The notes under the pieces: model-generated
Database searches by the model: none
Seen by the model: only the letters and a program-made list of their open reading frames with translations
Told to the model about the DNA's origin: nothing
In this document: in pieces, positions 12,810 to 25,162 of the stretch
How positions within the stretch are numbered: the stretch's first letter is position 1
How the letters are laid out: every line of letters starts with the position of its first letter
Translations under genes and position numbers: made by a program
Assembly: GCF_006345805.1 (NCBI RefSeq)
Contig: NC_042997.1
Span: forward strand, 174,654,001-174,718,000
Length of the DNA: 64,000 nt
Direction of reading: 5' to 3'
Source: Octopus sinensis
Taxonomy: Eukaryota

Positions 12810-13590
12810 TACTAGTTAGTATCTAAAAGGTCCCGGAATTGTTCTGTAGCGCGCTAGAAAATGACAACACACAGTTGCTTGCGTTGTGAGAGCTAGCAGT
12901 GACCTCCATGAAACAGTGTACCGAGTGACATCGCTGTGATTACTTCACAAGTTGTGAAATTTGTCTTCTTGTGATCACATGTACGCTGTAGTTTGCGATT
13001 TTGTCATGGGCAAGAACAAAGATCCAATTTTGAATTATACTTCGAAAGTCTGCTACAGAGACATTGACCATGCTTTGGCAAGCTTACGGTGACGAGGCAA
13101 TGAGTCATACGCAATTTTACAAGTGGCACGGGTCCTTGAAAAGCAGAAGAACGTCCCTGAAAGACGATGAGCGATCTGGAAGATATGCTACGAGCATCAC
13201 TTCCAGAAGTGTGGTATTATGCGCACCCCCCCCCCAGGGTCTGACCGTCAATCGAGAATTCTACTGCGACGTTTTGACGCATTTAAGGGAGTATATTCGG
13301 CGAAAGCGACGGGATTTGTCGTGTGCTCTCCTCACTCGTAAGTTTCTCGCTAAAGAGAACATGGTATCGCTTTCGCGCGCGCCTTATTCGCCAGATTTTG
13401 CACCTGCAGACTTCTGTCTCTTCCCCACTACGAAAATGCTGCTTAAAGGTGACCATTTTAACACCCTCGTCGAGATCAGGGGCGAAACACAGAAGGTTCT
13501 CGACTCGCTTACAGAATCTGATTTCCAGTCCGGATTCCAAATGTGGTTGAAACCCTGGGACTGGTGTAGTGCTGCGCAAGGTGACTATTT
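12810..13590 (+). pseudogene. Mariner-family transposase relic, internally deleted
   Basis: ORF 13064..13687 has the mariner HTH region (QAYGDEAMS...W...SLKDDERSGR) and PYSPDFAPADFCLFP (YSPDLAP motif). The first catalytic block is missing and the 3' end is cut at about 13590. Confidence 0.88.
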
Positions 13591-13599
13591 ATATATATA

Positions 13600-13791
13600 T
13601 AACGTCACAAGAAATTTGAAAAGCTACACGCGAAACCGGTATTTCTTTAAAAATTTCTTTAAAAATTATAAAATTATGTCATTTTAAGGAAAGGAAAAAA
13701 ATTTTTCCAATATTCTCCAGACATTTTGACACAAATATATATTTTTTTTAACATTTAAGCCTTCTGTCGTTTTTTCACTCTTTACCATTTT

Positions 13792-13795
<4 letters not shown>
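13600..13795 (+). mobile_element. PLE-type terminal remnant with a variant hammerhead-like motif (13609-13647)
   Basis: AAGAAA TTTGAAAA GC-TACAC-GC GAAA CCGG TA TTTCTT, with a perfect 6-bp stem I. Flanked by (TA)n. Confidence 0.5.
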
Positions 13796-13830
<35 letters not shown>

Positions 13831-13899
13831 CACGCGAAGGAATGAAATGTTAATTATGTCGGTAAAAAAAAAGGAAAACACCCTTGATGATGGGAAGGA

Positions 13900-14700
13900 G
13901 AAGAAATATATATAGCATGAAAGAGCAATGTCCTAACGCAACATACATTTGCATGGTAAATTCTCTGTAGCAACAAATGATGTTTGGGGAGATAAAAACT
14001 AGAACTGAAGAGAGACTGAAGGAATGATTATGGTTATACTGGATCAAGCGTTTGCGAACAAGAGATATCAGCAAAGTCATTGTCAAAGAGAATATTAACA
14101 GGAAGTGTTTGTAGAATGTACGGCGAAAGATAAAAAAGAAAAATGTGTACCAGAAAGAGTATAAGAACTGGAGGCATGGTAGGGTGGCGAATGTCTTGCA
14201 TTGAGAAGTCTGTAAAAAGGACAATTTTCCTTTTTGGTATGATGTGTTGAAAGTGTTAAAGAATGAAAACACAAAGATCCTAAGGGACTGTAAATTGCAG
14301 ACAGGTAAGATCATAGAACACTCTGGGCTCGACATCGATATCTTCTGCACAACATCTCGTGAATGTATAAAGGTGAATATAGTATGCCCCTTTAATACCA
14401 GAGTCAAAAAGAAAAAAACAGGAAAAGCTTGAAAATTACAATGATTTGAGATACGATATTGGACGGTTATGGGAGTGTAAAGGTAGTGTCATTTATCATC
14501 GGCGCGTTGGATACCGTAAGCAGAAATTTTGAAAACTTCAAGGAACTTCTTGGTTGTGACGTAGTCTTTTCCGTTATGCAGAAATCTTGCTTATTAGGAA
14601 ACAGCAAGAATTTTATGAAAGGTGCTAGATGCCTAAAGTCGCGGGATGTGACTTGCTGACCAGCTGAATGAACCAGCATAGCATTTAAAACCGAGAGATA
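13900..14700 (+). pseudogene. Decayed R2-group (R4/NeSL/Hero-like) LINE, REL endonuclease region
   Basis: Broken peptides YKNWRHGRVANVLH, ENTKILRDCKLQTGKIIEHSGLDI, IVCPFNTRVKKK, IIGALDTV and MQKSCLLGN follow the RHD / ILWD-QTD-RPDI / GALG / QKA-LLGT motif order of REL LINEs. Confidence 0.82.
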
Positions 14701-14714
14701 AAAACAACAATGAT

Positions 14715-15450
14715 TTTAAATTTTGACACAAGGCCAGCAATTTCAGGGGAGGGGGCGAGGTGATTACATCCACCCCAGTACTCAATTGGTACGTATTTTA
14801 TCGACCTCAAAAGTATGAAAGATAACGTCGGCCTTGGCGAGAACGTAAACACGGACGAAATACCTATTTCTTTTCTGCCCACAAGGGGCTACACAGAGGT
14901 GACAAACAAGGACAGACAAACGGATTAAGTCGATTACATCGATCACAGTGCGTAACTGGTACTTATTTAATCGACCCCGGATGAAAGCCAAAGTTGACCT
15001 CGGCAGAATTTGAACTCAGAACGTAGCGGCAGACGAAATACCTACTTCTTTACTACCCACAAGGGGCTAAACACAGAGAGGACAAACAAGGACAGACAAG
15101 CGGATTAAGTCGATTACATCGACCCCAGTGCGTAACTGGTACTTAATTTATCGAGCCCGAAAGGATGAAAGGCAAAGTCGACCTCGGCGGAATTTGAACC
15201 CAGAACGTAACGGCAGACGAAATACCTATTTCTATTTCTTTACTACCCACAAGGGGCTAAACATAGAGGGAACGAACAAGGATAGAAAAACGGATTAAGT
15301 CGATTACATCGACCCCAGAGTTCAACTGGTACTTAATTTATCGAACCCGAAAGGATGAAAGGCAAAGTCGACCTCGGCGGAATTTGTACTCACAACGTAA
15401 CGGCAGACGAAATACCGTTAAGCATTTCGCTAACGATCCTGCCAGCTCGT
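14715..15450 (-). mobile_element. Tandem array of four SINE-B units with a single tRNA head
   Basis: About 180-bp units joined at GACGAAATAC|CTA(T/C)TTC (14863, 15041, 15225). The head is present only at 15410-15450. Confidence 0.9.
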
Positions 15451-16003
15451 TACATTAAAATCAGTAAGAAGAATAAGAACAAGAATAAGGATAATAAGAA
15501 TAAGAATCTTATAAATTTTCCAGGTGTGAAGCGACATGGTGAGAAATCTGCTAAACAAGGTTGTGGGCAGAAGTGGAAAGTTACTCAACAAAAGCACTTC
15601 TTAACGTTCCCTCTGCACCGAAAGACATTTGCGTGGTACAAGTTTAACTACAGAGAAAACTCGTTAAAGGTATGTCACAGTTTCATGTGATCTGATACAG
15701 CTTCACCTGTACCGGAAGTACCTTTTGGAAAACAACATGTTATGAAAACCTTCTATATGCGCGCGGGTGTGTGTCTCCGTGTGTGTGCGTGCTTGTGTTT
15801 ATATGTATGTGTTTGTCTGCATATATCTCTCGCTGTCTGCCTTTTTCTATTCTTGTCTGTCTGGAGGGATGACTCGTTCTCTTCTTCTCTCACCACCTAT
15901 CTCCCTTCTCTCTGTCCTCCTTTCACTTTTTCTCTAACTATTGTATTTCTTCAAATTTTGTATATACAACTAATATATATAATACACACGCATAAATTAT
16001 ATA

Positions 16004-16039
<36 letters not shown>

Positions 16040-16135
16040 AGGTCCCCGATTGAGTCGGGGTTAACCACAGTAAATAAGGTACTCAATACATAGCAGAGTA
16101 AATTAATTTATTTTATAGAAGGAGCTTTTATAGAA

Positions 16136-16190
16136 GGAGCTTCTACAGGACTAGAACTGTTTCATTCAAAAGAAATCATCAGGAGCTTCC
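16136..16190 (-). ncRNA. Type I hammerhead ribozyme, antisense twin (stem I one nucleotide short)
   Basis: Minus: GGAAGCTC CTGATGA TTTCTTTTGAAT GAAA CAG TTCTAGTC CTG TA GAAGCTCC. Confidence 0.65.
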
Positions 16191-16235
16191 TGATGATTTC
16201 TTTTGAATGAAACAGTCTAGTCCTGTAGAAGCTCC
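16182..16235 (+). ncRNA. Type I hammerhead ribozyme
   Basis: Stem I GGAGCTTC/GAAGCTCC (8 bp); core CTGATGA; weak stem II (T)TTC-TTTT-GAA(T); GAAA; stem III CAG/CTG with loop TCTAGTC; GUA cleavage triplet (cut after 16227). Confidence 0.8.
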
Positions 16236-16495
16236 TTCTATAAAATAAATTTTTTTTAATATATATAATATGTGCATTTATATGCATGTCTGTTTATATA
16301 TGTGTGTGTGTGTATAAATGTATATACATGTATGTATATATATATAGAGAGAGACAGATATATATAGATATACGTATATATATATGTGTGTATATATATA
16401 TACATATGAATACACACACGTATATATGTATATATATATGTATATATGTATATATATATATTATATATATATATATATGTACATATATATATAAT

Positions 16496-16534
<39 letters not shown>

Positions 16535-16617
16535 ATAAATGTTTCTTTTTATGTTTTAATGGAAACAATTCTCATTAAAATTGCAGAATTGCTCAACAGA
16601 TTTGGTAGAGGAAATAT

Positions 16618-16755
16618 TCATTATTCTTTAACAAGAATAGTATTGCAAGTGATTTCGAACTTTCGGCCAGCTATATCATCAATGGGCAACCCTGTGATTG
16701 CTCAGCTGGCCGAAACTTTAAAGTCAATGTCAATGCTGTTCTTCAAGAATGATAA
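16618..16755. repeat. Older inverted repeat containing two eroded hammerhead-like motifs
   Basis: The left arm ...AAGAATAGTATTG...TTTCGGCCAGCT pairs with the right arm AGCTGGCCGAAA...CAATGCTGTTCTT. Plus: CTG-TGA...GGCC GAAA CTTTAAAG TC. Minus: TTGATGA...GGCC GAAA. Confidence 0.55.
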
Positions 16756-16866
16756 GCACACGCACACACATATACATATGTCTCTGTGTGTGTAAGCGCG
16801 TACCTGTAATGAGAGGAGTGATAGCTGAGAGACTGATTGACCCTTGTATGTGTGCGTATATAATAC

Positions 16867-16901
<35 letters not shown>

Positions 16902-17044
16902 AATACATATGTATACGTATACAATATATATAATAATAATAATATACAACAACAACAACAATAACAACAACAACAACAATATTAATAATAATAATAACTA
17001 ATAATAATAATAATATAATAATAATAATAATAATTAATAATATC

Positions 17045-17077
<33 letters not shown>

Positions 17078-17079
<2 letters not shown>

Positions 17080-17211
17080 CATGTCGCGTACATATGGTTG
17101 TGATGCATGTGCCTGGTGTACCCTTATCAGACGGGTAGTCATGATGGGTATATTGGGCTTCGTATATTTTACTCCAGTGTCACTTTGATGGCATGAACTG
17201 CTCTCTCACTC
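17078..17211 (+). mobile_element. 5'-truncated copy of a (TAA)n-targeting non-LTR element 3' end
   Basis: Reverse complement of 43568-43700 and 44088-44220; ends CTGCTCTCTCACTC followed by (AAT)n. Confidence 0.85.
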
Positions 17212-17244
<33 letters not shown>

Positions 17245-17729
17245 TAATAATAATAATTAATAATAATCCGAATTTATAAACATTTATTGCATCACTACGC
17301 GCGTTTCCACAACATATATTCATGTGTGTGTGACCTTCTCAGCTCCTGTTCTCTTGTTGCGGCAACTCAGAAATACAGTTGTTACTCAAGTCTCATGCCA
17401 ACTAGTTGAATGTTCCACTCACAGAGCAACTATGCAAGCATCTATTCTTTAGTCATTTTTGGATATAACTCCTCACGTGGAGTTTCTGTTAATACTCTAG
17501 TGGATTAGTAAATAGTTCGTAACTTTTACTGTGTCGCATACATTATACAAGTTGGAGCTTTTTAGCAAATAATATTCTTTAGTTATGACAGATATGAATA
17601 TAATGAATTATCGAAATATTAATTGGTGAGTATGTCACTATATTGAAATAAATAAAATTATGTATCATCTTAGTGATACGTGGCTGTATGATAAGAATAA
17701 GAAACACGCTTCTCGACTACAATATTCCG

Positions 17730-18205
<476 letters not shown>

Positions 18206-19236
18206 TTGTATAAGCGTCATGCGAGAAAGTGTAGAGATCTGTTCAATGGGAATGATGTGTTAAAGCGAATAGTTTTAAATTTGGACTTGTAACAGATGTG
18301 TTTTAAAGTGTAAAATTAAAAATAAAAGTTAAGAAAGATAGATCAGTACAAATACAGAGTACTGTTTACAAGAATGTTCTAGATGGAATTTTTCACTGAA
18401 AATGATGACACTTATGAATTGGAAACCCTTTTTGAAGAACTGTTCTCCAGTATTTAAATAATTCGCAGTTATGCTCATGTTTATCTAGATATCCCTCTCT
18501 TTCCATGTACAAGGAGAGATTATTTCACTCCGTTAGTATATGGTCTGCTTCGTTCTAAAATAAATGATATGATGTCACACTCAGTGTTGTGTTGTGTTCC
18601 TTCAGCTACTATATGTAGTTTGCAAGCGTAATTCTCTTAGTGTATCTGAACGACAGGCTAATTTTAAATGGCGTTGCTTAAACCTGCCTTCAAACATTCC
18701 AATATAGTGTTTCCGTCTGCATTTTTCTGCACGACCAACCTACCATTGCGCATCTTATTTCGGGAACATGTGTTTGCATTTTAACAGAGTTCTGAGGAAT
18801 AAAACCCTTCATATTGAAGAAACTACTGTAACTAATTTTCGACAGTTTTTATTGCAGATCTTCTCATAGTGGATATTGAAAGAGAAATATTTGTCTGCTA
18901 AAGCAAAGATCATTTATCTATATTTGTCTTAAAGTTTATTGAAATGATAGAACCAATCGGGAAAGTTTATTTCTACGTTCCACTAAAAAAGCAGTTTTGA
19001 GACGTCAGCAGCATTTGTAGTCTGAGTACGTACGAACAGTGATAATGAATATTGCAAGGTATTCTATCCAATATCGATACTGCTTAAAACAGTGTTTTGA
19101 AAAGCAAAATTAGAGTTAGTCAGAACTGAGTTCAATATTTAGTGCGAGTTTAATGTACTTAAGTATACTGACAAGTAATTGTCTATATAAGGGAGCGAAT
19201 TGTGTATGCATGCGATTACGTCTGCATATACATACA

Positions 19237-19334
<98 letters not shown>

Positions 19335-19827
19335 ATATTATATATATATCAAGGGAGACACAGACAGAGAGAAAGATAGACTAGCAGACAGACAGAGAAT
19401 CTATAATATTGTTCTTTTTAAGAAATGCGGCGCTCTCTTGTGCATTTCTTGAAGCTGGGTAAGGATTTCCTATGCTGCCAATCTTATGATAAATAGTAAA
19501 CAAAATATTCGGAAATCTCTCTTAAGATGCAATGCTAAACTGAAATCGAATTGATCTATTTGAAAAGTACCCATAATTGTTTAGGAAAGAATGCGACTAA
19601 TTGCCAATACTGGAGAAAAGTATGATGCAATAGAATAAGAGATTTTAGAGTCCTTACAATGACAAACAGTGAAGTAGCTTGAAAATGTAAAAATAAAACA
19701 TGAATCCAACTTGTCACCAATTTTCTCCCATCAAGATGAGGACGAGCTGTATTTGTAAATCTAAAGCTGCTTTGACGTCAACTTGTAGACACGACCACTA
19801 GGGATTTGACTGAGTGAATGGCCATAC

Positions 19828-19858
<31 letters not shown>

Positions 19859-20084
19859 CATACATACATACATACATACATACATGCATACAAATATACA
19901 TACATGCATACATACATGCATGCTTGCATACATACATACATATGCACACACATACATACATGTGTGCATGTATTTGTGCATTTGTGCATTTGTGTCCACA
20001 TTTATACATGTTGTTTGCATATTGCACACCGCACTATGTCTGAGCTTACAGAATGTGTGAAGTTATGTGTATATGAATATATGG

Positions 20085-20500
20085 GACGGCGAATGAGCAG
20101 AGTCGTTAGGCCGCTAGATAAAATGTTTTGTAATATTCGTTTCGGCGCTCTGAGTTCAAATCCAATCAAGGCTACCTGTACCTATCATTTCTCGCGATTT
20201 TGTAAATCAAGCCCAAGCTTGGTATTGGGGCCGAATCTTGTAACTCACTCTTATATTTCTCTCACTCATGACTTGTACTTGTAATTCAGAGATCTTGTTC
20301 TTGTATGTCTTAGAGGCACAAGGCCCGAAATTTTGTGGAAGGGAATAGTCCATTACATCGATTCCTATGATCAACTTGTACTTATTTTATAGACCCCGAA
20401 AGAATGAAATGCAAAGTCGACCTCGGCGGAATTTGAACTCAGAACGTAAAGATGGATGAAAGGCCGCTAAGCCTTTTGCCCAACGGAATTAAGCTCGCCG
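20085..20500. mobile_element. Two diverged SINE-B copies, tail to tail
   Basis: Plus copy 20085-20285 (CTGAGTTCAAATCC); minus copy 20315-20500 (GCAAAGTCGACCTCGGCGGAATTTGAACTCAGAACG). Confidence 0.65.
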
Positions 20501-21169
20501 GCTTAATTCCGACTGATAATTGTGTTAAGAATACATTTGTCTGCAGAATACTCAGCCACTTACAGATAAATATTCACGGGCAGGAATTCAATTGGTTAAA
20601 CAACTTAAAGCGTGTCGTCGAAACCGATGAGTACTCATCGCCATATTGTTATGCGTATAACTGTAGAATTGTGTGAGTACTTAAGGGTTTGTGTGCTGAT
20701 ATATCTGTGTTAATATGTATCTGTGAATTTGCCTGCATATGTGTACGTGTGTTACGTGTGTTACGTGTGCGTGAGTGTGTATGCGTGTGTGTGTGTATGC
20801 ATGGGTGTATGTTCAGTGTGTAACTGTGTGCGAGTGTGTGCGTATAACCTTGAAAGTTTGTGATGTCAGACACATTGGCAGTCGGCCGAACAAATACGTA
20901 CGCAGAAGCGAGTTGATGGGAAGTTTTCAATTCAGACACCATGTCACGTGCGTCAATCCACACCAGCCGTAAAGTGACTTTAATATATGCAAATTATCGC
21001 CAGCTAATACACACACACGCCATCGTAGGCCAGAGTCTTGTCTGTCTTATGATAATCTTGTTGTCGCTTCTTTACGTCTAGTTTGGTTTGGTTTGGTTTG
21101 GTCTTGCGTTGCTTCCTGTCTTCTTATTGTCTTGTCGTTGGTGATGATGTTCACGTTACTGTTATTACC

Positions 21170-21637
21170 GCTTTTGTGTCAATGTATTTGTATGTGTGTG
21201 TGTGTGTGTGTTAATGTATTTGTATGTGTGTGTGTGAATGTATATGTATATGTACGAGGAGAGAAAATGTGTGTATGCGTGTTTGTGTGTGTGTGTGTGT
21301 GTGAATGTATTTGTATGTGTGTGTGTGAATGTAATATGTATATGTACGAAGAGAGAAAATGCCTCTGTGTGTGTGTGTGTATGTGTGTGTGTGTGAATGT
21401 ATTTGTATGTGTGTGTGTGCGTGTGTTTATGTGTGTGTGTGCGTGTGTGTGCGTGTGCGTACGTGTGTGTGCGTGCGTGTGTGTGTGTGTGCGTGCGTGT
21501 GTGTGTGTGTGTGCGTGTGTGTGTGTTAGTGTGTGTGTGAGGGTGTGTGTGTGTGTGTATGTGAATGTATATGTATATGTATGAGGAGAGAAAATGTGTG
21601 TGTGTGCGTGTGCGTGTGTGTTTGTGTGTGTGTGTGT

Positions 21638-21681
<44 letters not shown>

Positions 21682-22780
21682 TGTCTGTGTGTGTGTGCAG
21701 ACGATAGATGATGGATGGCTGCATATGGTTAATGACAGGGAAAATGCTTCGTTGGAAAAATAAAAAAAAGAAAAACTTGCAACCGTTCGTTTTTATTTAT
21801 TTACTTATTTTTCACATTTTAACTGATTCCAGGCAACTCATTCCTGTTGGAGGGAGAGTAAATGAGAAAGACTGACAGGATTTAAAGAGAAAGGAGAGGG
21901 AGAGAGCGAGCGAGCAAGAAAGTGAAAAAGACAGGGAGGGGGAGAAATGCACACAAAACAGGCAAATACAACGAGTAACCATAAGAGAGAGGCGGAGGAG
22001 GAGGAGGAGGAGGAAGAGCAAGGCAGGACAAAGAAACAGTGACATGATGAGAAAGAGGAAGCGCGAAGGAGAGAAAGAAAGACAAAGAGATAAAGAGATA
22101 GAGAGTTAGAGAGACAGAGAGAAACAGAAAGAGACAGAGAGAAACAGAAAGAGACAGAGAGAAACAGAAAGAGACAGAGAAAGAGTGCGTGTGTGTGAGT
22201 GTGTGCGCGCGTGCGTGAAAGAGTTAGAGAGAGAGAGAAAGAGAAAGGGTAAGAAAAAGAGAGAGAAACAGTGTGAAGGCAGGGAAACAGTTAATGTGAA
22301 ACAGAACAAAATCCAGTATTGGAAATTTACATCTACCGCTATCATCAACATCATCATTATCATCATCAACGTCACCACCACCATCATCATCCTCGTCATC
22401 ACCACCACCATCATCATCATCGTTATCATCATCACCACCATCATCATCATCATCACCACTACCATCATCATCATCATCATCATAATTATCATCATCATCA
22501 TTATCATCATCATCTTCATCATCATCGTCTACGTTTGTCGTCGTCTACGTTTGTCGTTGTCCACGGCAATAGCACCATCATCATCATTATCATCATCATC
22601 ATCATTATCATTGTCATCATCATCGCCGTGGTCATTGTCGTCGTCGTGGTCATTGTCAAAAGCACTATCATCATCATCATCGTCTTAATCATCACCATCG
22701 TCACTATCAGCATCATTATCATCATCATTATTATCATCGCCACAACACCGCTACCGCAATCACCACCTCTACCACTCACC
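21170..22780. repeat. Compound low-complexity block: (TG)n with repeated GTGAATGTAT...GAGAGAAAATG units, then (GA)n, then (CAT)n
   Basis: Direct reading; source of the poly-CV/TH/M/H ORFs. Confidence 0.9.
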
Positions 22781-23117
22781 TAAAAAGCTAGAACTAGCGC
22801 CACTAATCAGAGGCACCATTAACTTTCTCTAAATACAAGTGCAGCTGCTCCTGTTATCATAATTAACTGCATCCTACACAACCAAACCTCCGAACCCGTT
22901 GCTGTCGCCATGACTGCACACAGCGAACGAAACTATCCACTTATCTACCTACACGATCGAACTGCTTGGAAAATAAAAACAGCTGAACGTCCCTGAAATG
23001 AAATTCAGCCATCTTGAAAAACTTGGAAAAGGAATGAACATACTAGATAATATAATGGTAACAACAGAACAGTATGGTCATAGTTGGAGTGTCTCTAATT
23101 ATAGTTCTTCTTAGTGT

Positions 23118-23700
23118 GAAGGCGCCTGGCTCAGTAGTTAGAACGTCGGGCTCACAATCATGGGGTAATGAGTTCGATTCACGGACCGGGCTGTGTGTTG
23201 TGTTCTTGAGCAAGACACTTTATTAACCTGCGCACGTAAGTAAAAGCAGGGTTATTGTAGTCGCTCGTATTTGTGTGTAAAATTATTGGAAAACGGCTGA
23301 ACGAATTTTCACCAGATTTGGCAGAAATACTCATTGGGTGAATGGCTTGAACACATTATTTTGGTTTCATTATTTTCAAAACTGACGAACGGGTGTATCA
23401 AAATCTTTTTTGTTTGTTTGTTACACATGCATAAACGATAAGCACGCGAAATAACTCTTGATGTCATTTTATTGAAATATGAATTCGTCTGGGAATATAT
23501 TTATTTAATTAATTTTTGTTCTGTCCTTGTGTGTTCCGAGGCCTCTTTACCTCATTTCATGTTGCTCCAGTTCACTCACCTGTAGAAATGAGTTGCGACA
23601 TCACTGGTGCTAAGCTATATCGGCCTTTGCCTTTCCCTTGGATAAGCTGATAGGCATGGACGATTGCTGATCTTCTATAAACAACCTCGTCCGGATTACC
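23118..23700 (+). mobile_element. SINE family C, split by an internal insertion
   Basis: The head GAAGGCGCCTGGCTCAGTAGTTAG...GAGTTCGATTC...GAGCAAGACACTTTATT stops at 23224 and resumes TTCATGTTGCTCCAGTTCACTC at about 23555, colinear with 2535-2870. Confidence 0.82.
23225..23553 (+). mobile_element. DINE-1/Helentron-like non-autonomous insert
   Basis: Inserted in a T run with no TSD. 5' hairpin AACCTGC...GCAGGGTT and core AAAACGGCTGAACGAATTTTCACCAGATTTGGC, which resembles HINE/DINE-type elements. Confidence 0.55.
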
Positions 23701-24480
23701 ATCGGGGGACCTACTTGAACCATCGTGTAATATCAGAGACTTAAGTCTAACTGTCGACAGCAAACTTAGTTGATGTTGCCTACAGAATATGCTCATGGAT
23801 TCTCAGAACTTTCCAATCTATGGATCACAAAGCCATCATTCTTCTCTTCTCCACATTCGCTAGACCCCCATCTCGAATACTGTGCCCATTGTGGTCCCCC
23901 TACAAAAAAGCAAGACATAATGAGGATCGAAGCACCAGAAAGATCAATCACAAAAAAGAAAAATAATAATAAATGCCATGATGGAACTTGATTATTGGGC
24001 TAGATTTAAACAGCTGAAGCTCTATCTCTGCAACGCCGCCGTACACGATACATAATTTGCACCTTGTGGAAAATATCCCACCAATATTATCCAAATGATA
24101 TTGGTATCATATTTAGAATTCAACCAAGACTAGGCCCCCGTGCAATGCGTCCCCTACAAAGGTCGAGATTACATCACATAAGAACATTTCGACACAACTT
24201 CTTCACTGCAAATGGTCCTGCACTTATCAATGTTATCCCAAAAGAAATTAAAGTAGAAAAAGACCCCACAACTTTCAAACGGCACTTGGACAAATTCCTC
24301 CAGAAAATACCGGATAAACCACCTACACCTGGAGACCTCTCAACCAACAACAACTCTCGGCTTGAGTGGTCCATGGTATCCCGAAATAATTAATTAAAAG
24401 ACTTTTCCAGATGGTGCTACTTAGTTAGTCATGGCGTGGGCCGATAATGGCCGAAACCATTCTAAGTTATCTAAGTTATA
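23700..24480 (+). pseudogene. CR1/L2/Jockey-group LINE 3' fragment (post-RT C-terminus and tail)
   Basis: Broken peptides IRDLSLTVDSKLS, WILRTFQS, FARPHLEYC, KKQDIMRIEA, and ORF 24064..24393 (FF..GP.L.N.IP.EI...FKRHLDKFL). Ends in a tandem TCTAAGTTA tail. Confidence 0.85.
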
Positions 24481-24485
24481 TATAT

Positions 24486-24717
24486 ATTTCTTTACTACCC
24501 AGAAGGAGCTAAACACGGAGGGGACAAACAAGGACAGACATAGGTATTAAGTCGATTACATCGACCCCAGTGCGTAACTAGTACTTAATTTATCGACCCC
24601 AAAAGGATGAAAGGCAAAGTCGATCTCGGCGGAATTTGAACTCGGAACGTAACGGCAGACGAAATACGGCTACGCATTTCGCCCGGCGTGCTAACGTTTC
24701 TGCCAGCTCGCCGCCTT
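24486..24717 (-). mobile_element. SINE family B, full length, with TSD
   Basis: TSD ATCTAAGTTATATATAT at 24469 and 24718; inserted in the LINE tail. Confidence 0.92.
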
Positions 24718-25059
24718 ATCTAAGTTATATATATTCAAATTAATCTTTAATTGCCGTCTATGATTAATAAATATGAATCTAATGTTTCTTGAATTCTATA
24801 TCAAGGTTTGTTTCCATTTTGCATTGATAATTAGTTGCTTTATACAATTTTGTTTATTCATATGTTTGTTTATTTATTTGCTTACTTGTTTATTTATTTG
24901 TTTGTGTTTACTCTTTTCAAAAATTCATTCGGAAGACATCTTTATAATGTATTGTTTGTTTGTTTGTTGTTCGTCTGGTTGGCTGACTGGCTGAATGGAT
25001 ATTTTCTATCCTCATCCTCTTCCTTATCATGATAATTGTTATATCCGTCGTGGTCGTCA

Positions 25060-25097
25060 CAAACGTCTTCTCATCATCGTCCTTATCATCATCATCG

Positions 25098-25162
<65 letters not shown>

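Larger units (their letters stand above)
16104..16252. repeat. Near-perfect palindrome made of two head-to-head hammerhead cassettes (PLE pLTR remnant, whole insert about 16040-16252)
   Basis: Arms are reverse complements around the centre CAGGAGCTTCCTG (16180-16192). The left arm carries a 15-bp tandem duplication TTTTATAGAAGGAGC. AATAAA follows each cassette. Confidence 0.92.

Noticed and set aside
14715-15450. CRISPR-like or retrozyme array
   Set aside because: The units are whole SINE bodies with no spacers, and there is no hammerhead core in either strand of the unit.
20625-20642. 16-bp palindrome CGATGAGTACTCATCG
   Set aside because: Isolated, with no supporting structure; cannot assign a function.
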